Source of the DNA: Lama glama
Lineage: Eukaryota
Assembly (NCBI GenBank): GCA_028534125.1
Contig: CM052816.1
Location: 27,716,001-27,780,000 of the forward strand
Direction: 5' to 3'
DNA length: 64,000 nt
Shown here: piece by piece, positions 26,555 to 40,246 of the stretch
Position numbering within the stretch: position 1 is the first letter of the stretch
How the letters are laid out: each line of letters starts with the position of its first letter
Notes under the pieces: model-generated
What the model was told of the DNA's origin: nothing
Database searches by the model: none
The model's input: only the letters and a program-made list of their open reading frames with translations
Translations under genes and position numbers: made by a program

Positions 26555-29500
26555 CCATGTTTATTAATCCATTAACTAATACTAGCTTATTAAGCCATCT
26601 GTCACTTTCTTATTTTAATTGATATAATTTTTTCAAATGCTTTCTTACTAAAGACAACTTGAATTGGATAATGCAGATACTCTGTGTAGCATTTTAATTG
26701 ATTTACATTACACATTATTGGTATTTTTAGGGAGAAATTATGTTTAAAAAGGAATAGGAAAGTTTTATATATGTTAGAGTATATTTGATTCCTAAAATTC
26801 AGGCATGCTTACATCCAGGAAAGGTGGAAAATTTTGAGATAAAAATTATAAAATGATGAGATTAAATCCATTTGCTTTAAGAGACTATCTTTTGGTCTAT
26901 CAGATGACCTTTGGATATCTCTTTATCTAAAATTAATTTTGTGTGGCTATTTATAGCATAGAGTTGAATATGTTATTTATATCCTGAACATGATTTTTTT
27001 CTGGCTCTCCCTCATAACTTGCTTCAGTGGATCTATCCCTATTGTTTCTAAGGACAAATAGTAAATAAAATAGAAATATATTTCTGTTTTCACAGCGGCT
27101 GCCGGTACTCTCTGCTTAGGTCTCCATTTCTAAAAGTGTAGCAAATGCTTAATTTCCTTGAAAAGGAGTCAAAACATAAATCAAGGAATTGAGATAAAAC
27201 CTTTGGCTATGGAGAATGCAGGCCATTTTGGAATAAAGAGTAGACAAAGCAAATGTACTTGGCTTTCTGGTTAAAGTCCATCCTGAATTACCAATTATGT
27301 AGATTGCTCTGGTAGCCAGTATTCTAGCTGCTGTCCATGGCTGTCTGAAAACTGGCTCAGTTGCTGCTTCTGCTTGGTAACTGTCAAAAAATGACCTTAG
27401 CTATGAAGTAGCAAAGCTAAGAACTCTGTCACTTGCTTTCCTTTCCTTCCTTTGTTTGTAGTGTGTGTATATTGGGCAAAATTTCATACCCGCAGTCCAG
27501 TGTAATCATAGGCTTTTAGTTTGCAACAAAGCACCAAAACGTCAGGCTTAATGAGAAAGGAAAGCATCATGCAGAGTGAGCACTTTCACTATTCTGGAAA
27601 TACATCTTCCTAACCAGGATAATCAGGTTTTGCTGTGACACCTGTTGCACTGCAGGATCATGGAAGAATCTGAAATGAATTATTCTTCTTCTCTCCTAGT
27701 GCACTGAATGAGCTATGGAAAGGTCAGAGGAATCTGTCTCGAAGAAACAGCTAAGTAAGTGATTAAATTTCTTGATATAATGTGAAACAAAATGTAATAA
27801 TCATAATACTCTATACTGAATCATTGCTTTCTTCCAGAGTTGTTAGTGGCCTCTTGCTCTATCATCTTCCTGATATGACAGAGAACAGGGAGGTGCTGAA
27901 AGCCATGGATATGGAGGAGGTGCTGTGGTAGAACTTTGGCACTTGCTGCTTCAACACTATTGTCTAACCTGTCATAAATTGTCATTTTACTAAGACACAA
28001 ACTTGAATTGTGTGCTTGGTGTGTTAGAGTGAGGTGGGCAATGAGTTGCTGAGCTTTCTTGGTAGCCTTGCCTAGTTTTAATACCTGCAGTTCAGGAAAG
28101 TTTCGTTGGTCCTTGCTAGAATTGACTATTTCTTTGAAGTGTTCTAGTATTTGATAATTTGGGGAAGCACAAAGTTATTCTGATTAATTTCATAGGAATA
28201 TCAGAGACCTACTGGCAAGTAGAGTTAATGCTGCCAGAGATCCACTGAGATCAATAGAACTATCTTCCAGGATTGGGTATATGATTTATATAAAATTGTA
28301 GGGAGATATTAGGCCTTATGATTGGTTTGGTACATTCTTTCCAATTAGAGAACTCAGCAAAAACTGGTCAAAGACAAGGCTGTTTTCTTGACTGAGGAAC
28401 TGTAAAGAGTAAGCTTTCATGACTCTCTGGGTACCCTATTATTTCTATTATTTGAGTGTTGCTATTCCAGAGGGAAGAAAGTGGCCAGAGAGTTGTTAGT
28501 GGTCACAGCTTTAAGTTTACAGAAAATGTAAGATTTTATGGTCATGTTTTGTACTTCAGGGTCTACTTAGACAAGCACATTTTCAGGCACTGACATGGTC
28601 CTTGAAAGTCATGGTCAATTTTTTTTTTTGGTTTTCTGCAGATATTCAATGGAAACAATTTTCCTCTCAAAAATTTTCAAAACACATTCTTCAAGCTAAC
28701 TTTTGGTGGTTTCTTGGGAAGTAATAACAGTGGCAATTTGCAGAAACTACACTGTAACTGTTTAAGAGGTAATGTTTTCAGCAGATGCTTTGTAAATCAA
28801 AGATAAGCAAAAGGCCATTTTGGGAATCTTATCATTGCACTGTTTGGTGGTGATCCAAGAAAATATTGACATCCTTGATAGAAACCTACAGTCTATACTT
28901 TACTTTTTATTTTAGATACGTAGAAGCCAAATATTGTAATGAGCTAATAATAAAAAGAAAAAGAAGATAAGTTAAATTATGCTTAGCAGTGACAACAAGA
29001 TTTTGAAGAATATGTGTGATAAAGGCAGATCACAAGTGGAGAAAATAGGACTCTATATCTTGGCCAACAGTTGTTAATGGTAAAATCACTATCTTGCTCC
29101 TAAAAGGGCAGACTATTAAAAAAAAAATCTTAGTAATATACTGTCAAGTCCTCAAGTTTGTTGGCTAGGAACTTTACTTTATGTGAATATTGATGGTGCA
29201 ATATTGTCTTACATATTTTTTCTCCACCAAATCTTGGTTACTATTTTTCCCCAGGAAAAGAAAAATGTCTATGTTAAAATGGGAAAATTAAGACAACCAT
29301 AATGGCTTTTGCCCATAGCAAGGCATGCTGAACAGAATTGTAATAACAGTTAATGGTCATAGGTGATGGATCTTAAATTATTTCCTAACTCAGCCCTTCT
29401 TTGAAAGTTCAAAAGGAGCTCTATGGGAGATGTCACCTTCCTGGAAAGCACAGGATGTATCTGTTTACTTATCTCAGTGGAATCCACACTCATAATTTGA

Positions 29501-30794
29501 GCCTAGTACTGGAAGATGCATGCTTCCTGGAGCTCATGGGCCACTGAAAGCAAAGGACAAGTTTTCTGTTATTTCCCATTAATGGTCCTTTGGAAGGTAT
29601 ATCATCTCTGTCCCTGTGGCTCTTCTTTCTTTGTGACAGTTCAGTTATGGGAAGTATGCACAGCATTGGCCAAGAGCAGAAACATAAATCAAATTGACAT
29701 ATGTCCAATTCAGAATCATAAATAAATCTGACAAAAGTTGAATTTTAAAATGTAAGAGCCATCCAAGATTGACTGTGATCCTTTGAAGATGTTTAAATAG
29801 AAAGAATTGGACGTGATAAATCATTTTGGGAAGATATTTAGGAAGGGTTGAGATATATACCAAAAATTCACTCGGGCCTCTAGAAAATATAGCCATCATT
29901 GAAACTACTCCTCTAGAGCATTTTTTTTTCTTTTTAAAATTGATCATGGCAGAAATTACAGTGACTTACTCTTCCATTTGACCTCAGGTATATATTTAGT
30001 ATATTAGATGTCTTTAATGAAAAATTCAATTATTCACCTTATTTTTAAAATTTCTGTTCATTTTATAATGTATCATTAATTTACATATGTCCTCTTATTT
30101 TTTCCTGTCACCTTCATATATAATAATTATCCAGGCAGGGAAAATAACCTTTGAAATTTAAGGTTTTAATAATTCAAATCTTCCTTCACCCCCCTGAATA
30201 AATCACTCAGTGCCAACAGAATCCTCCCAATGACTAAAGCCGTGTTCTTGTATTAGGGGATATAATTTTAAGCTGCTAGTAAAATACAGTTCCGAGAACT
30301 TTGTCCTCCTATGAATGATTACATGTTGTGTTAGTATTGATTTTTTTTTTAGCTCTTTGTGTCGTTTCCTAGAAGCCCATGATGTATCTGGATTTAGTAG
30401 AATTTTGTTCCTCTCGTATATGCTTGTTATTTGGAGGATTACTGGTGCATGACTGCACTTAAAATTTAAGTCTCACTCTTTATTACTAAACTTGAGAAAT
30501 CTAGGTTTTTTCCTTATATGCTATATACCTTCATGTACATATTGAGCACAGTAGCAATCTTATCTGGAAGTTTTTTGTTACTTTTATTTCTCCAGAATTA
30601 TAGATTTGAAGATGGAGAAAGAGGGAGTTCTTGCAGGAAATACACATACACACACACACACACATACATACACATATACATTTCAGGAAGGTGGAGGTCT
30701 TCTCATGCTGGCTGCTGAGTCTTCACTTGTAAATCCACTTTCCAGGGGCTGCTTATATCCTGTCTGGATGAAGATGATGTCAATCCCCATTGGT

Positions 30795-30935
30795 TCTTCT
30801 TCCTCTCCTTCTTCTTTTCCTTCTTCCTCCTACCCTCCCCGACTCCTTCCATCCCGTCTCCCCCTTCCCCTTCTCCCGTTACTCCTTTCTTCCTCCATCT
30901 CCTCCTCCTCCTCCTCCTCCTCTCCTTTCTTTTCA
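30795..30935. repeat. CT-rich low-complexity tract including (CCT)n
   Basis: Directly visible; a CA-rich tract lies at 30641-30680. Confidence 0.85.
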
Positions 30936-31243
30936 AGGTGAAAATCATGTTAGTGAAGAAGTATGTCATGGTAGAAAGAAGGAGCAAATGTTAGCTGACA
31001 TATCCAAAATGGCTATGAAATTTTGGACAAGTGTTTAATTCCTCTCAGGTCCAGTTTTCTTATATAAGATGGTAGTTTCTTGAAATGCTGAGTGCTACAA
31101 CTGTGAATCTGTGAATTTATTTTGAGAGCCGGAAAACACCAGCTATCACCATGTATCTCCCCTAGTTTCCATGCTATTCTCCAGAATTGTCTTCTATCCT
31201 CATCTCCATTTCCTTACCTCAGCTCAATGAGCTGCTCAGACAT

Positions 31244-31690
31244 TGTAGCAGATGGCATTTGTGCCCCACTCCCATTCCCTCAGCACATCCTGAAATTCAC
31301 GCAGGAAGAATGTCAACGGTTTCCTGGGTCTCTGCTTGAGGCATTCTCTGGTCCTGGGAGTATGCTGTACCCACAGATGGGCCAGAGCAGCAGTACTGGG
31401 GAGTTAGCTGCCCCGGGGGCAATCCCCAACCAATGAAGAATGGGAATTGGTGAAAATACCCCAGCTTCCTTACCCAACAAGAGACAATTCTGAGAGAGTA
31501 TTCTTTTCCATCTCTCAAAGGGTGCCCAGTAGGAATAAGTTTCAGTTACCCATAGAGCAACATCACCTTTATTATCTATCTTCCTTTCCCTTTCTGACCC
31601 CACAAGCTTCCTGCAATAACTTCCAAAATGAACTCCTTGAACCCAAATCTTTATCTCAGGCATTGTGTTTGGGGAAAATACTTGTTTTGT
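31244..31690 (+). mobile_element. LTR16-type ERVL solo LTR
   Basis: Starts tgtagcagatggcatttgtgcccc; has caaccaatgaagaatgggaattggtg and a cccaaatctttatctcagg terminus. Confidence 0.75.
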
Positions 31691-31779
31691 CTACTGTCTA
31701 CTCCCTACTTCTGAGACAGCACTGCTAGTTTGCAATTTTAAGTCATCAGATTCTAATGCGTCAGTCAGAACATGCTTTC

Positions 31780-32502
31780 TTTTTTTTAAAGTTTTTTTTT
31801 TATCGTCAGTTTACAATGTTGTTTCAATTTCTGGTGTGCAGCATAATGTTTCAGTTATACATATACATACATATATTTGTTTTCATATTCTTTTTCATTA
31901 TAAGTTATTACAATATACTTAATATAGTACCCTGTGCTATACAGAAGAAATTTGTTGTTTATCTATTTTATATATAGTAGTTAGTATCTGCAAATCTTGA
32001 AATCCCATTTCATCCCTTCCCACCCTCTTTCCCCGCTGGTAACCATAAGTTACTTTTCTATGTCTATGAGTCTGTTTCTGTTTTGTAAATAACTTCATTT
32101 GTGTCTTTTTTTTTTTTAGATTCCACATATAAGTGATACCATGTGGTATTTTTCTTTCTCTTTCTGGCTTACTTCACTTAGAATGACAATCTCCAGGTCC
32201 ATCCAAGTTGCTACAAATTGCATTATTTTATTGTTTATGGCTGAGTAGTACATTATATATATGTATACACCATGACTTCTTTATTCAGTCATTTGTCAAT
32301 GGATATTTAGGTTGTTTTCATGTCTTGGCTATTGTATATAGTGCTGCTGTGAACACTGGGGTACGTGTATCTTTTCAAATTAGAGTTCACTCCAGATATA
32401 TGCCCAGGAGTGGGATTGCTGGACCACATGTAAGTTTATTTTAGTTTTTTGAGGAATCTCCATACTGTTTTCCATAATGGCTGCACCAAACTACATTCCC
32501 AC
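31780..32502 (-). mobile_element. Relatively young 5'-truncated L1 (3' end, ~720 bp)
   Basis: Poly-T start and a well-preserved L1 3'UTR/ORF2 end (ttagattccacatataagtgat, cccaggagtgggattgctgga, ctccatactgttttcc); apparent TSD ctttctttt at 31775-31783 and 32502-32510. Confidence 0.92.
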
Positions 32503-32589
32503 TTTCTTTTCTCCTAAGTTTGTTAGCATTGGGTGTGTGTCACTCACACAGTATCTATGCAAGAGACAGTTCTATGGCCCACGCTCTTC

Positions 32590-32960
32590 TCTGTGCTGGG
32601 AATACCCTGCCCTTCTGCCTTTTCTCCATGTCTCTGCTCAACCTGCCACAAACCAAGAAACACAGTTTATTTAACTAACTTTTGGTCACCCTTCCAGTCT
32701 CATCTTAAAAATTTTTTCCACAGGGAAATCTCAGTCTACACACTTCAAAGAGAATGATGCCTCCCCACCCACAGTGGCTCCCATTGCCTCCTGAACTTCT
32801 ATTATAACATTAATTACATTTGTAATTACTTATGGACTATTTTTCTTTCTAATGGCATGATAAGCTACATGTCGCTTTTGTTCACCTCTGTAACATCAAG
32901 ATTTAGCACATTCTCCAGCCTTTAACAGACACTAAGCATGTATTTATTTGAGTAACTAAC
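32590..32960 (+). mobile_element. L2 3' end
   Basis: ttttgttcacctctgtaacatcaagatttagcaca...tatttatttgagtaactaac. Confidence 0.55.
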
Positions 32961-33096
32961 TGGACCTGAGGAATTACTTAAAGCAAACATTCATTTTGTA
33001 CATAAGATCAGTGCCCCAAAGATATAAAATTAAGATGGAGGCTGGAACTAGAATTCACCCTAACTCCCAGTGATTATATTATATTGTTAGCATATA

Positions 33097-33546
33097 CAGT
33101 AGTTCCCACCTCTCCATCTGTGATGGACACATTCCAAGACACCCAGTGGATACCTGAAACCGCGGATGGTACCAAACTTTATGTATACCATGTCTTTTCT
33201 TATACATACATACCTATGATAAAGTTTAATTTATAAATTCGGCATACTAAGAGAATTGCCAGCATCACTAGTCTTGCGTTTGGGGGCCATTATTAAGTAA
33301 AATAAGAGCCACTTGGACACAAGCACTCTGATAACCCAGATGGCTGCTGAGTGACTAATGGAAAAGATATGCAGGACAAAGGGATGATTCACGTCTGGGC
33401 AGGACTAAGGGGAACAGCATGAGATTTTATCATCCTACTCAGAATTTAAAATTTATAAATTGTTTATTTCTGGAAACTTCCATTTAATATTTTTGGACCA
33501 TGACTGAAACTTTGGAAATGAAATGGCAGATTAAGGAGGACTACTG
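33097..33546 (-). mobile_element. MER44/Tigger7-type DNA transposon
   Basis: TA-cagtagt ... actactg-TA termini; attgtttatttctggaaacttccatttaatatttt motif. Confidence 0.85.
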
Positions 33547-33586
33547 TATACTATGCAATACTTCTCCTTTTCCATCTCAGTATCCG

Positions 33587-34718
33587 TAATGACAACCTTC
33601 ATGTGCAGCAACCCCAATGACAAGGGCATCATGGCTCAGACGATGTCCTGTGCTTGGGGCTTAATGCTCTGTGGTAGGTGTCTTGAAATTCTGATTCATG
33701 ACATCTTTGAAGTTTTGTGTTTTGCAAGTGGAGTCTCCTGGGATGATGGAGCAAGCATGGGGCTTGGGGCCTTGGCTCCCTGTGGTCTCCCTGGCTGATT
33801 CTCCCAGCTCCCTGACCCCCTGGCCTTCTGGGCCCCACTGACCTCCTTCTCTACACCTCCCCCAACCCCGGGGTCTCTGCCATCCTCCATCCCTGACAGG
33901 GGCCTGGGCGTGGGTGCAGGAAGGTCAGGGTGTGCCTGTGGTCCTTGCAGTGTCTTGGGGCCTGGAATGATGTTACCTGTTCCTACATGAGGCTAGCAGC
34001 ACCTGCCTCGTGGTCCATTTTCTAGAAACTATGTCTGTCCTTCTCTCCACCCTCAATCCAGGTATGAGTGCCTCCTAGCACAGAAGTTTAAAGATCCTTG
34101 AGGGTCGCCTGTCTGTCATGGTGGGAGAGCCCATGCATCAGAGAGATATGGGAGTTAACTTCTCCAGATCCACCTTCTCTGAGGCACAGCTCCAGCATCT
34201 GCCCTGGGCCGGCACTTACACCCTGCCTCACTGGACAGCCCCACACTTTTCTCGTGTGAGGGTCTACACTCATCCCACAATCCTTGTGCCCCAGAACACT
34301 CCTGAGGCTGCCCTTACCCTGGGGTGGGCCTGGGTGTCTTCTTTTCCTTCCAGATTTTCTGAGTCTGTGTTGTGTTTCTCTCCTCCTTCAGGCTTGTGGT
34401 ACCCTCTGGGAAGAAGCCACACAATGTGAATTGTGTAATTTTGGTGATTCCAAATATAAGTTCAAAGCTTTGATTTTTGCACTTGAAACTAGAATTGAAT
34501 CGTATAAAACAGTAAAAATCATGCTCATGGTTTAAAATATTAATTTTTCTTCATGGAAATGGCATGAAATAGCAAATAGAAAAACAGGGTTAGAGAAACC
34601 ATGAAAGAAAAAGCAAGCTTTTTTTGTACATGTAACAGCATTTCTTTCCTGCTTTCTGAACAAGGGGCCGCACATTTTCATTTGGCACCAGGTCCCACAA
34701 GTTACGTAGCCATCCCTG
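33587..34718 (+). mobile_element. Long MER45-family hAT-Tip100 element
   Basis: 5' ttaatgctctgtggtaggtgtcttgaaattc; 3' tgaacaaggggccgcacattttcatttggcaccaggtcccacaagttacgtagccatccctg. Confidence 0.75.
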
Positions 34719-34864
34719 CCACTGCCTCACCATCCTGTCCCTGCACAATGAAGTTTCAAACTTGACCAAGTAGGACATATTTATCACCTAGTTGGTTCTT
34801 CACAGAGAGCCTACAAGTTGAACTAATTGCTTGTGTAAAGAAAAAATTCAGGTAAAAAATTATG

Positions 34865-35260
34865 GTCTGTCATTCATTGTTGTAGAACAAATTACCCTAA
34901 AGCTTAAAGACTTAAAACAACAATTATTTTATCTCTTACGGTTCTGAGGGCTGGCTGAGTTCAATAAGGCTCTTTTCACTCAGGGTCTATCATGCTGCAG
35001 TCAGACAGTACTGGCGAAGGTTTCCTAACTCACATGTCTGGCATTGAGGCTGGATATTGGCTGGGATGTCAGCTGGGACTGTCCTTTAGAACAGTTATAT
35101 CTGGCTTCTCCATGTGGGCTGAATTCCTCAGAGCATAGTAGTTGGGCTGCTGGAAAGAAAGAGAGAGAAGCAAAAGCACTATTATCTTTTCTGAGCTGAC
35201 TTAGTCTGGGAGGTCATACAGCATCCCTTCCCCCTTTCTATTTATTAGAAGTATTGACAA
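34865..35260 (-). mobile_element. Old MLT1 (G/H-like) MaLR LTR
   Basis: aacaaattaccctaaagcttaaagacttaaaacaacaattatttt...ggcttctccatgtgggc. Confidence 0.7.
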
Positions 35261-37326
35261 GTAGAAATTATTGATTAGATGAGCATAGGACCATCTGGGT
35301 CATAGGACTCACCAGCTGGGCTCGGGAGCTAGAGAGGTAACATGTTATCCATGATTGATGCCAATAAATGGCAGTAACTCCTGTCATCAGAACTCCTTTT
35401 CTGATATTAAATATAAACCAGAGAATGTCTTCACTTTTGGTTCTTCAAAGACCACTGTTTTGAATACTGGACTTCAAATCCTAACTCCACCCAATTTCTA
35501 GATGTTAGGCTTTACTCAAGTCTTTTAAGCTTTCTGAGCAGCTGTTTTCTATGCAAATTTGTTCTGCAAATTAATGATAAAACATGTGCAAAATCACTTT
35601 GTAAACCATTTAGGGTGTATGGATGTGAGTTAGTAAAAATTACAGTTCCACTGGCAAACTTGGTAGCAATTCCAATTAATTAGTTCTGTAGATGTGAGTT
35701 TTGTTTTTATGATGAAACTTTATATTTTGTATGGAATCATGATCTCCTGCCCTCCCCCCTCCCACTCTGTCCTCATTCACTTATTGATTGGTTGTTTCTT
35801 AGAACATATTACAGATCATACCCTGTTATCTTTTCATTTACTATCCTTATAATTTTTCTAATCATATTACCTTCACCTTACCACAGTGAGCTCTTTAATA
35901 TTTGTGGTTTGGGGAGTGTGGAAAGAGAAGGAAAAGGGGAGTAGCAGGAGAATGATTTTATCCTTAAAAGACGGCTGAAGAAGGAATCCCAAGCCAACAC
36001 AAACAATTCCAACACCTGCCAATGCAAATTTTTTTTATTAATATTGACTGCTGTCACTCTCATAGTCCATCATAAAACTGGCACTTATCACCTTGTACTG
36101 AGTTTTCTTATACATGTCTTATCCTCCCATTTATCAGAGAAGAAACCTAAATTTCACAAGTTTTTGTTTCTTTTTTCTGTACATGCTAACATGTTCTAGA
36201 GTAACTTATGCAGCGTAGGAGTTACAATAAATTCTCCTGATGCATTGATCCTTATTAACATTTCATTATTGTATACCCCACAGTCTCTCACTGTTCCTCA
36301 TTGAGTGACAAATCCTCTTATGACATTTTCTGGAAACTTTGTTGCTAATGTAGTTGATAATTGTGCCTTCTCTTTTACTTGTTTACTGACTCCTTCTGCT
36401 TGATATGCTAACAGCCATTTAAGGAGCTGATATTTCTGAAAGTAAGGATAATAGAATTTATGGTAAGATTTAATAACAAATGCTTACAGATTGCCTACTA
36501 TGTCTGAGGCACTGGATGAGTCTGGTACCACCATCATTTTATCTTACTGGATACAATAGAGCTGTTTTTGGGGTTCATCTGAAAAACCTGGCTACATTAT
36601 TGTTTATTGGAGTGCAGTGTCATAACCTCTACATGTTCAAATGAAATCTCTGTTTTCTCTCTAGGGCTTTTAATATGTACTTTCATTACAGGGTAGAGAG
36701 AATGCTTCTCCACTAGATCGTGTCCTCTGTGAAAACAGGAGCTGTATTCAACTAAGTTCTAATTCCCCAAATGGTTAATACTATGCTATCCCCTGTACAG
36801 ATGCTCCATTACTGTTAAAAATGGCACTCTAGATAGTGCCGCAGCAGTATTTTAAGACTGTGATTCTAAATTCCCTTTGTCTTTCTCCTCCCCATCCAGT
36901 CCTGATCTGTACTTTTAATTTACAAGTGTGTCTCAGAATGGAAGTTAAATTGGGAAAATCAGTTCTTCCATTTTACACATAAACTATTTTTATTTTATGC
37001 AAGTGCCTCTTTAGGTGAATTTTGTTGCTTTGCAAGCCTTAATGTATTTGAAATGAAATTCAGTACTAACCTTTTCTTCAACCTTCAGTTTTTGGCTTTT
37101 TTTCCCTGGTGACTTTACACTTTGTACTATGTGATATATCTTGTTCACTAAATCAACAGTTCTGAAAAGAAAGGGAAAAAATACACTTAGCATAAGTTAT
37201 GTGGTAAAACATGAAAAAAATTCTGCTCAAGTGTTTGAAAAAATTTTCCCTGGTAGAAGAGTTCCATTCTATTGTTTTCAGAAAATAAGAGTGAGCTTGC
37301 CTTCTTGTATTTTTATTTTTGTAATG

Positions 37327-37771
37327 CAAGCATACCTCAGAGATGTTCCAGGTTCAGTTCCAGGCCACAGCAATAAAGCCAGTCACATGAATTTTGGGAG
37401 TTCCTAATGCATATAGAAGTTATGTTTACATCATATTGTAGTTTGTTAAGTATGCAATAGCATGATTTAAAAAAATGTACATACTTTAATAAAAATTACT
37501 TTATTGCTAAAAAAATCTAAACCTCTATCCATTGTAATATTTCAGCAATGTAACATCAAAGATCACTGATCACAGATCACCATAACAAATATAATAATAA
37601 AAATGTTTGAAATATTGCAAGAATTACCACCTATGACAAAGAGACACAAAGGATGCAAATACTATCGGAAAAATGGCACTGATAGAGTTGCCCTATGCAG
37701 AAGTGCCACAAATCTTCAATTTGTAAAAAATTGCTTCATAAAGAGAAGCACAATTAAATGAGCTATGCAAG
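37327..37771 (-). mobile_element. Internally deleted Tigger1 derivative
   Basis: Both Tigger1 ends (caagcatacctcagagatgttccaggttcagttccagg ... aagcacaattaaatgagctatgcaag-TA) with no transposase between them. Confidence 0.85.
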
Positions 37772-37889
37772 TATTGCAACCAGTTTCTACAATAACCCAA
37801 GAATTGTCTTTTTCTTTCAAGGCAGAACAATGTCACTCCTTTAGAAGTCTGAAAGAAAGGCCATTGAGGAGCACAAAGTTGCTATAAGG

Positions 37890-38077
37890 CAGGGTTCTCC
37901 CAACTTAGCATGCTACAGACACACCTGCAGAGTTCATTAAAACACAGATTGCTGGGCCCACTTCCAGGGTTTCTGATTCGGCGGGTTAGGGATGAGGCTT
38001 TGGGATTTTCAGCTCTAACAAGCACCCTGGTGATGCTATGCTGCCTTCCAGAGACCACACCTTTAGGCCTACTACTG
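37890..38077. mobile_element. MER5A-type hAT-Charlie MITE
   Basis: aaaacacagattgctgggccccac...tttctgattc...ctaacaagcaccctggtgatgct. Confidence 0.8.
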
Positions 38078-38849
38078 CACGCTTCCACCGAGAGTCACTC
38101 CTAAGGTGGCTTTTGTGGGATTACAAACTGCTAGGCTCCAAAAAATTTCCAAAAGAAAATTTCTGGAAACCAAAGTGTACTATTAAATGAACTGAATTTC
38201 TAAAAGTAACTTTAGATGAGTTAGTAATTTTTTTTTTTACCTGCAGAACTTTTTTGTGTGTATATATGGTCAAAAAAGGAAACTCCCATCTGAACAATGG
38301 CACCTACTTAGGTTTGCATTTTTCAGTAGTGCCTTCTGTATTCTACAGCAGCTAAAATTACTTCCAACATATTCAGTAATTTATTCCAAGAATATTCACC
38401 GGGTGTCTACTGTGTGCCAATCTCCTGGGAGCGATACACTAGTGCACAGCAGAGATAGGGAGTTTACGTGTAGATTTCTATTGTAATGCATCGGCTATGC
38501 CTGTACTGATTCTAACAGCCGTTTGAAAGCAGAGCAGGCTGAATGTGAGGGTTATGATTAAAATATGCCCTTTACACTTTTTGTCATTAGAGTTCATCCA
38601 TTAATGTAAAATAGTATGACAAGACTGTATTTGAATATTTGAGAAAATAAAAATTTTAAGGAATTTTGTCCCATTGTGAAAATCGATGAACAGATGGAGT
38701 ATGAAATTAAAAGCAGGAAGTTGGCTGACTTTCTAAAAAATTTATTAATTTTTAAAAATTAAACACTGAGGTAGTTGGGTTTTATCTCTAATCAGTTCAT
38801 TTCATGTGGAGTAGCTAATTATTCCTAGCCACTTACTGTCTACATTTAA

Positions 38850-39125
38850 ATACATAGCACGTATATAGCATTTCTTATGTGCTTTAGCACTTTATGTATA
38901 TAGATGAACATTTAAACTGTTCTTAATATTTCATATATATAAATTCTCTACAATAATCTATAAGGTAGGTACTACTGATTGATTTACATATTTTATAGAT
39001 TAGGAGGTAGTCCCAGAGAGGTCAAAAAACTTGTCTAAGCTTCACAGCAGGTAAGCGATGAAGTCAGGGTCAGATTCCAGCACTCAGGGTCCAGAGCTTA
39101 CTCTCTTTGCCATTAAGTTCAACTG
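38850..39125 (-). mobile_element. MIR SINE
   Basis: caataatctataaggtaggtactact...ttttatagattaggaggtagtcccagagaggtcaaaaaacttgtctaag. Confidence 0.75.
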
Positions 39126-39741
39126 GCCTATGTGATATCTCTGATACTTGTCATGTACTCTGCTTTAGCTTGTAATTTGCTTTCTAATAAGTAAATATCT
39201 TTATTTTCTAATTAATAGTAAGGTCTTTGAGGGCAATTTCCAGGTCTAACACCTCTTGTAGCCTATAAAAGTTCAAGCACAATACTATACTTGTGATAGG
39301 TATTTAGTGTAAATACTTTTCAATAGACTGATTGTGAAACTCCTAATTGCTCAATTTGAGAAAATATGAATCTCTGTTTCTCTAGACAGATAGATACAGA
39401 AAGCTAGGACCGTGCGTATTTTCTTTCTTGAAATGTAAATATGAATCTTCCATACATACCTAGATCAAAGAATATAGTTATATGAGTTCAGTTAGTATAG
39501 AAGATACTGTTACTAGCTTATTGGTCAAGACAGGCATCAAAAATTGAAATGAATTCAGAAAAACAAAATATTTTAAAGCTAGATGGAAAATCAGATTTCA
39601 TCTCATCCAGCCCCCCTTATTTTACTTATTAAAGCAGCAGAAAAAAGAACTGTCAAGTTAAATACTTCTAGGTCACCTCTAGATTTTGGACTGGAAAGAA
39701 CTAACTCAGGTCTTTTGTTGGTTTGAAAACTGGCCCCATAT

Positions 39742-40075
39742 ATGTAGGGCAGGTAGATACTAAAGAAAGAGACAGACTACTCCAGATTGATAGGTGGTGC
39801 TTCTAATAAGTAAGGGAATTTACATACAGTTTTTGTCTTTACCCACCCGCCAGAATCTGCAAAGTTTATATAGAGGCCTTAACTGGGTTCAGTTACATAT
39901 ACCACCCAGATGGTCTCAACAACCTATTCTCTCAAGCTGCGTCCTTGCAAAACAGCTCCCACTGTGGGAACAGTGGGCAGAGTGTATTTTCAAGGATGGG
40001 GAGAGGGTGAGGTGTCTTCCAATTGCCTGTATCCAGCTGTGGTCAATAGGCAGTCACGTTCTCTGAATGATCTGT
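39742..40075. mobile_element. Possible ERV solo LTR, family uncertain
   Basis: Starts tgtagggcagg; GC-richer, LTR-like composition. No firm family match. Confidence 0.3.
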
Positions 40076-40246
40076 TTCAAAATCTTGCAGTTCTAACCCA
40101 AAGCCTTTTTTCCCCCATATATAATTTATTCTCTGGTTTTTAAGACAGTATTTCCTGGGCTAGTGTACATACATGTTTTAAAATAAGTTATAACTCTTCC
40201 TAAAACATGTCTTCCTTTTAGCAAACAAAAAAGTAGATAAGTCTTG

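Noticed and set aside
30606..31038. Ser/Pro/Arg-rich ORFs
   Set aside because: They arise from CA- and CT-rich low-complexity tracts.
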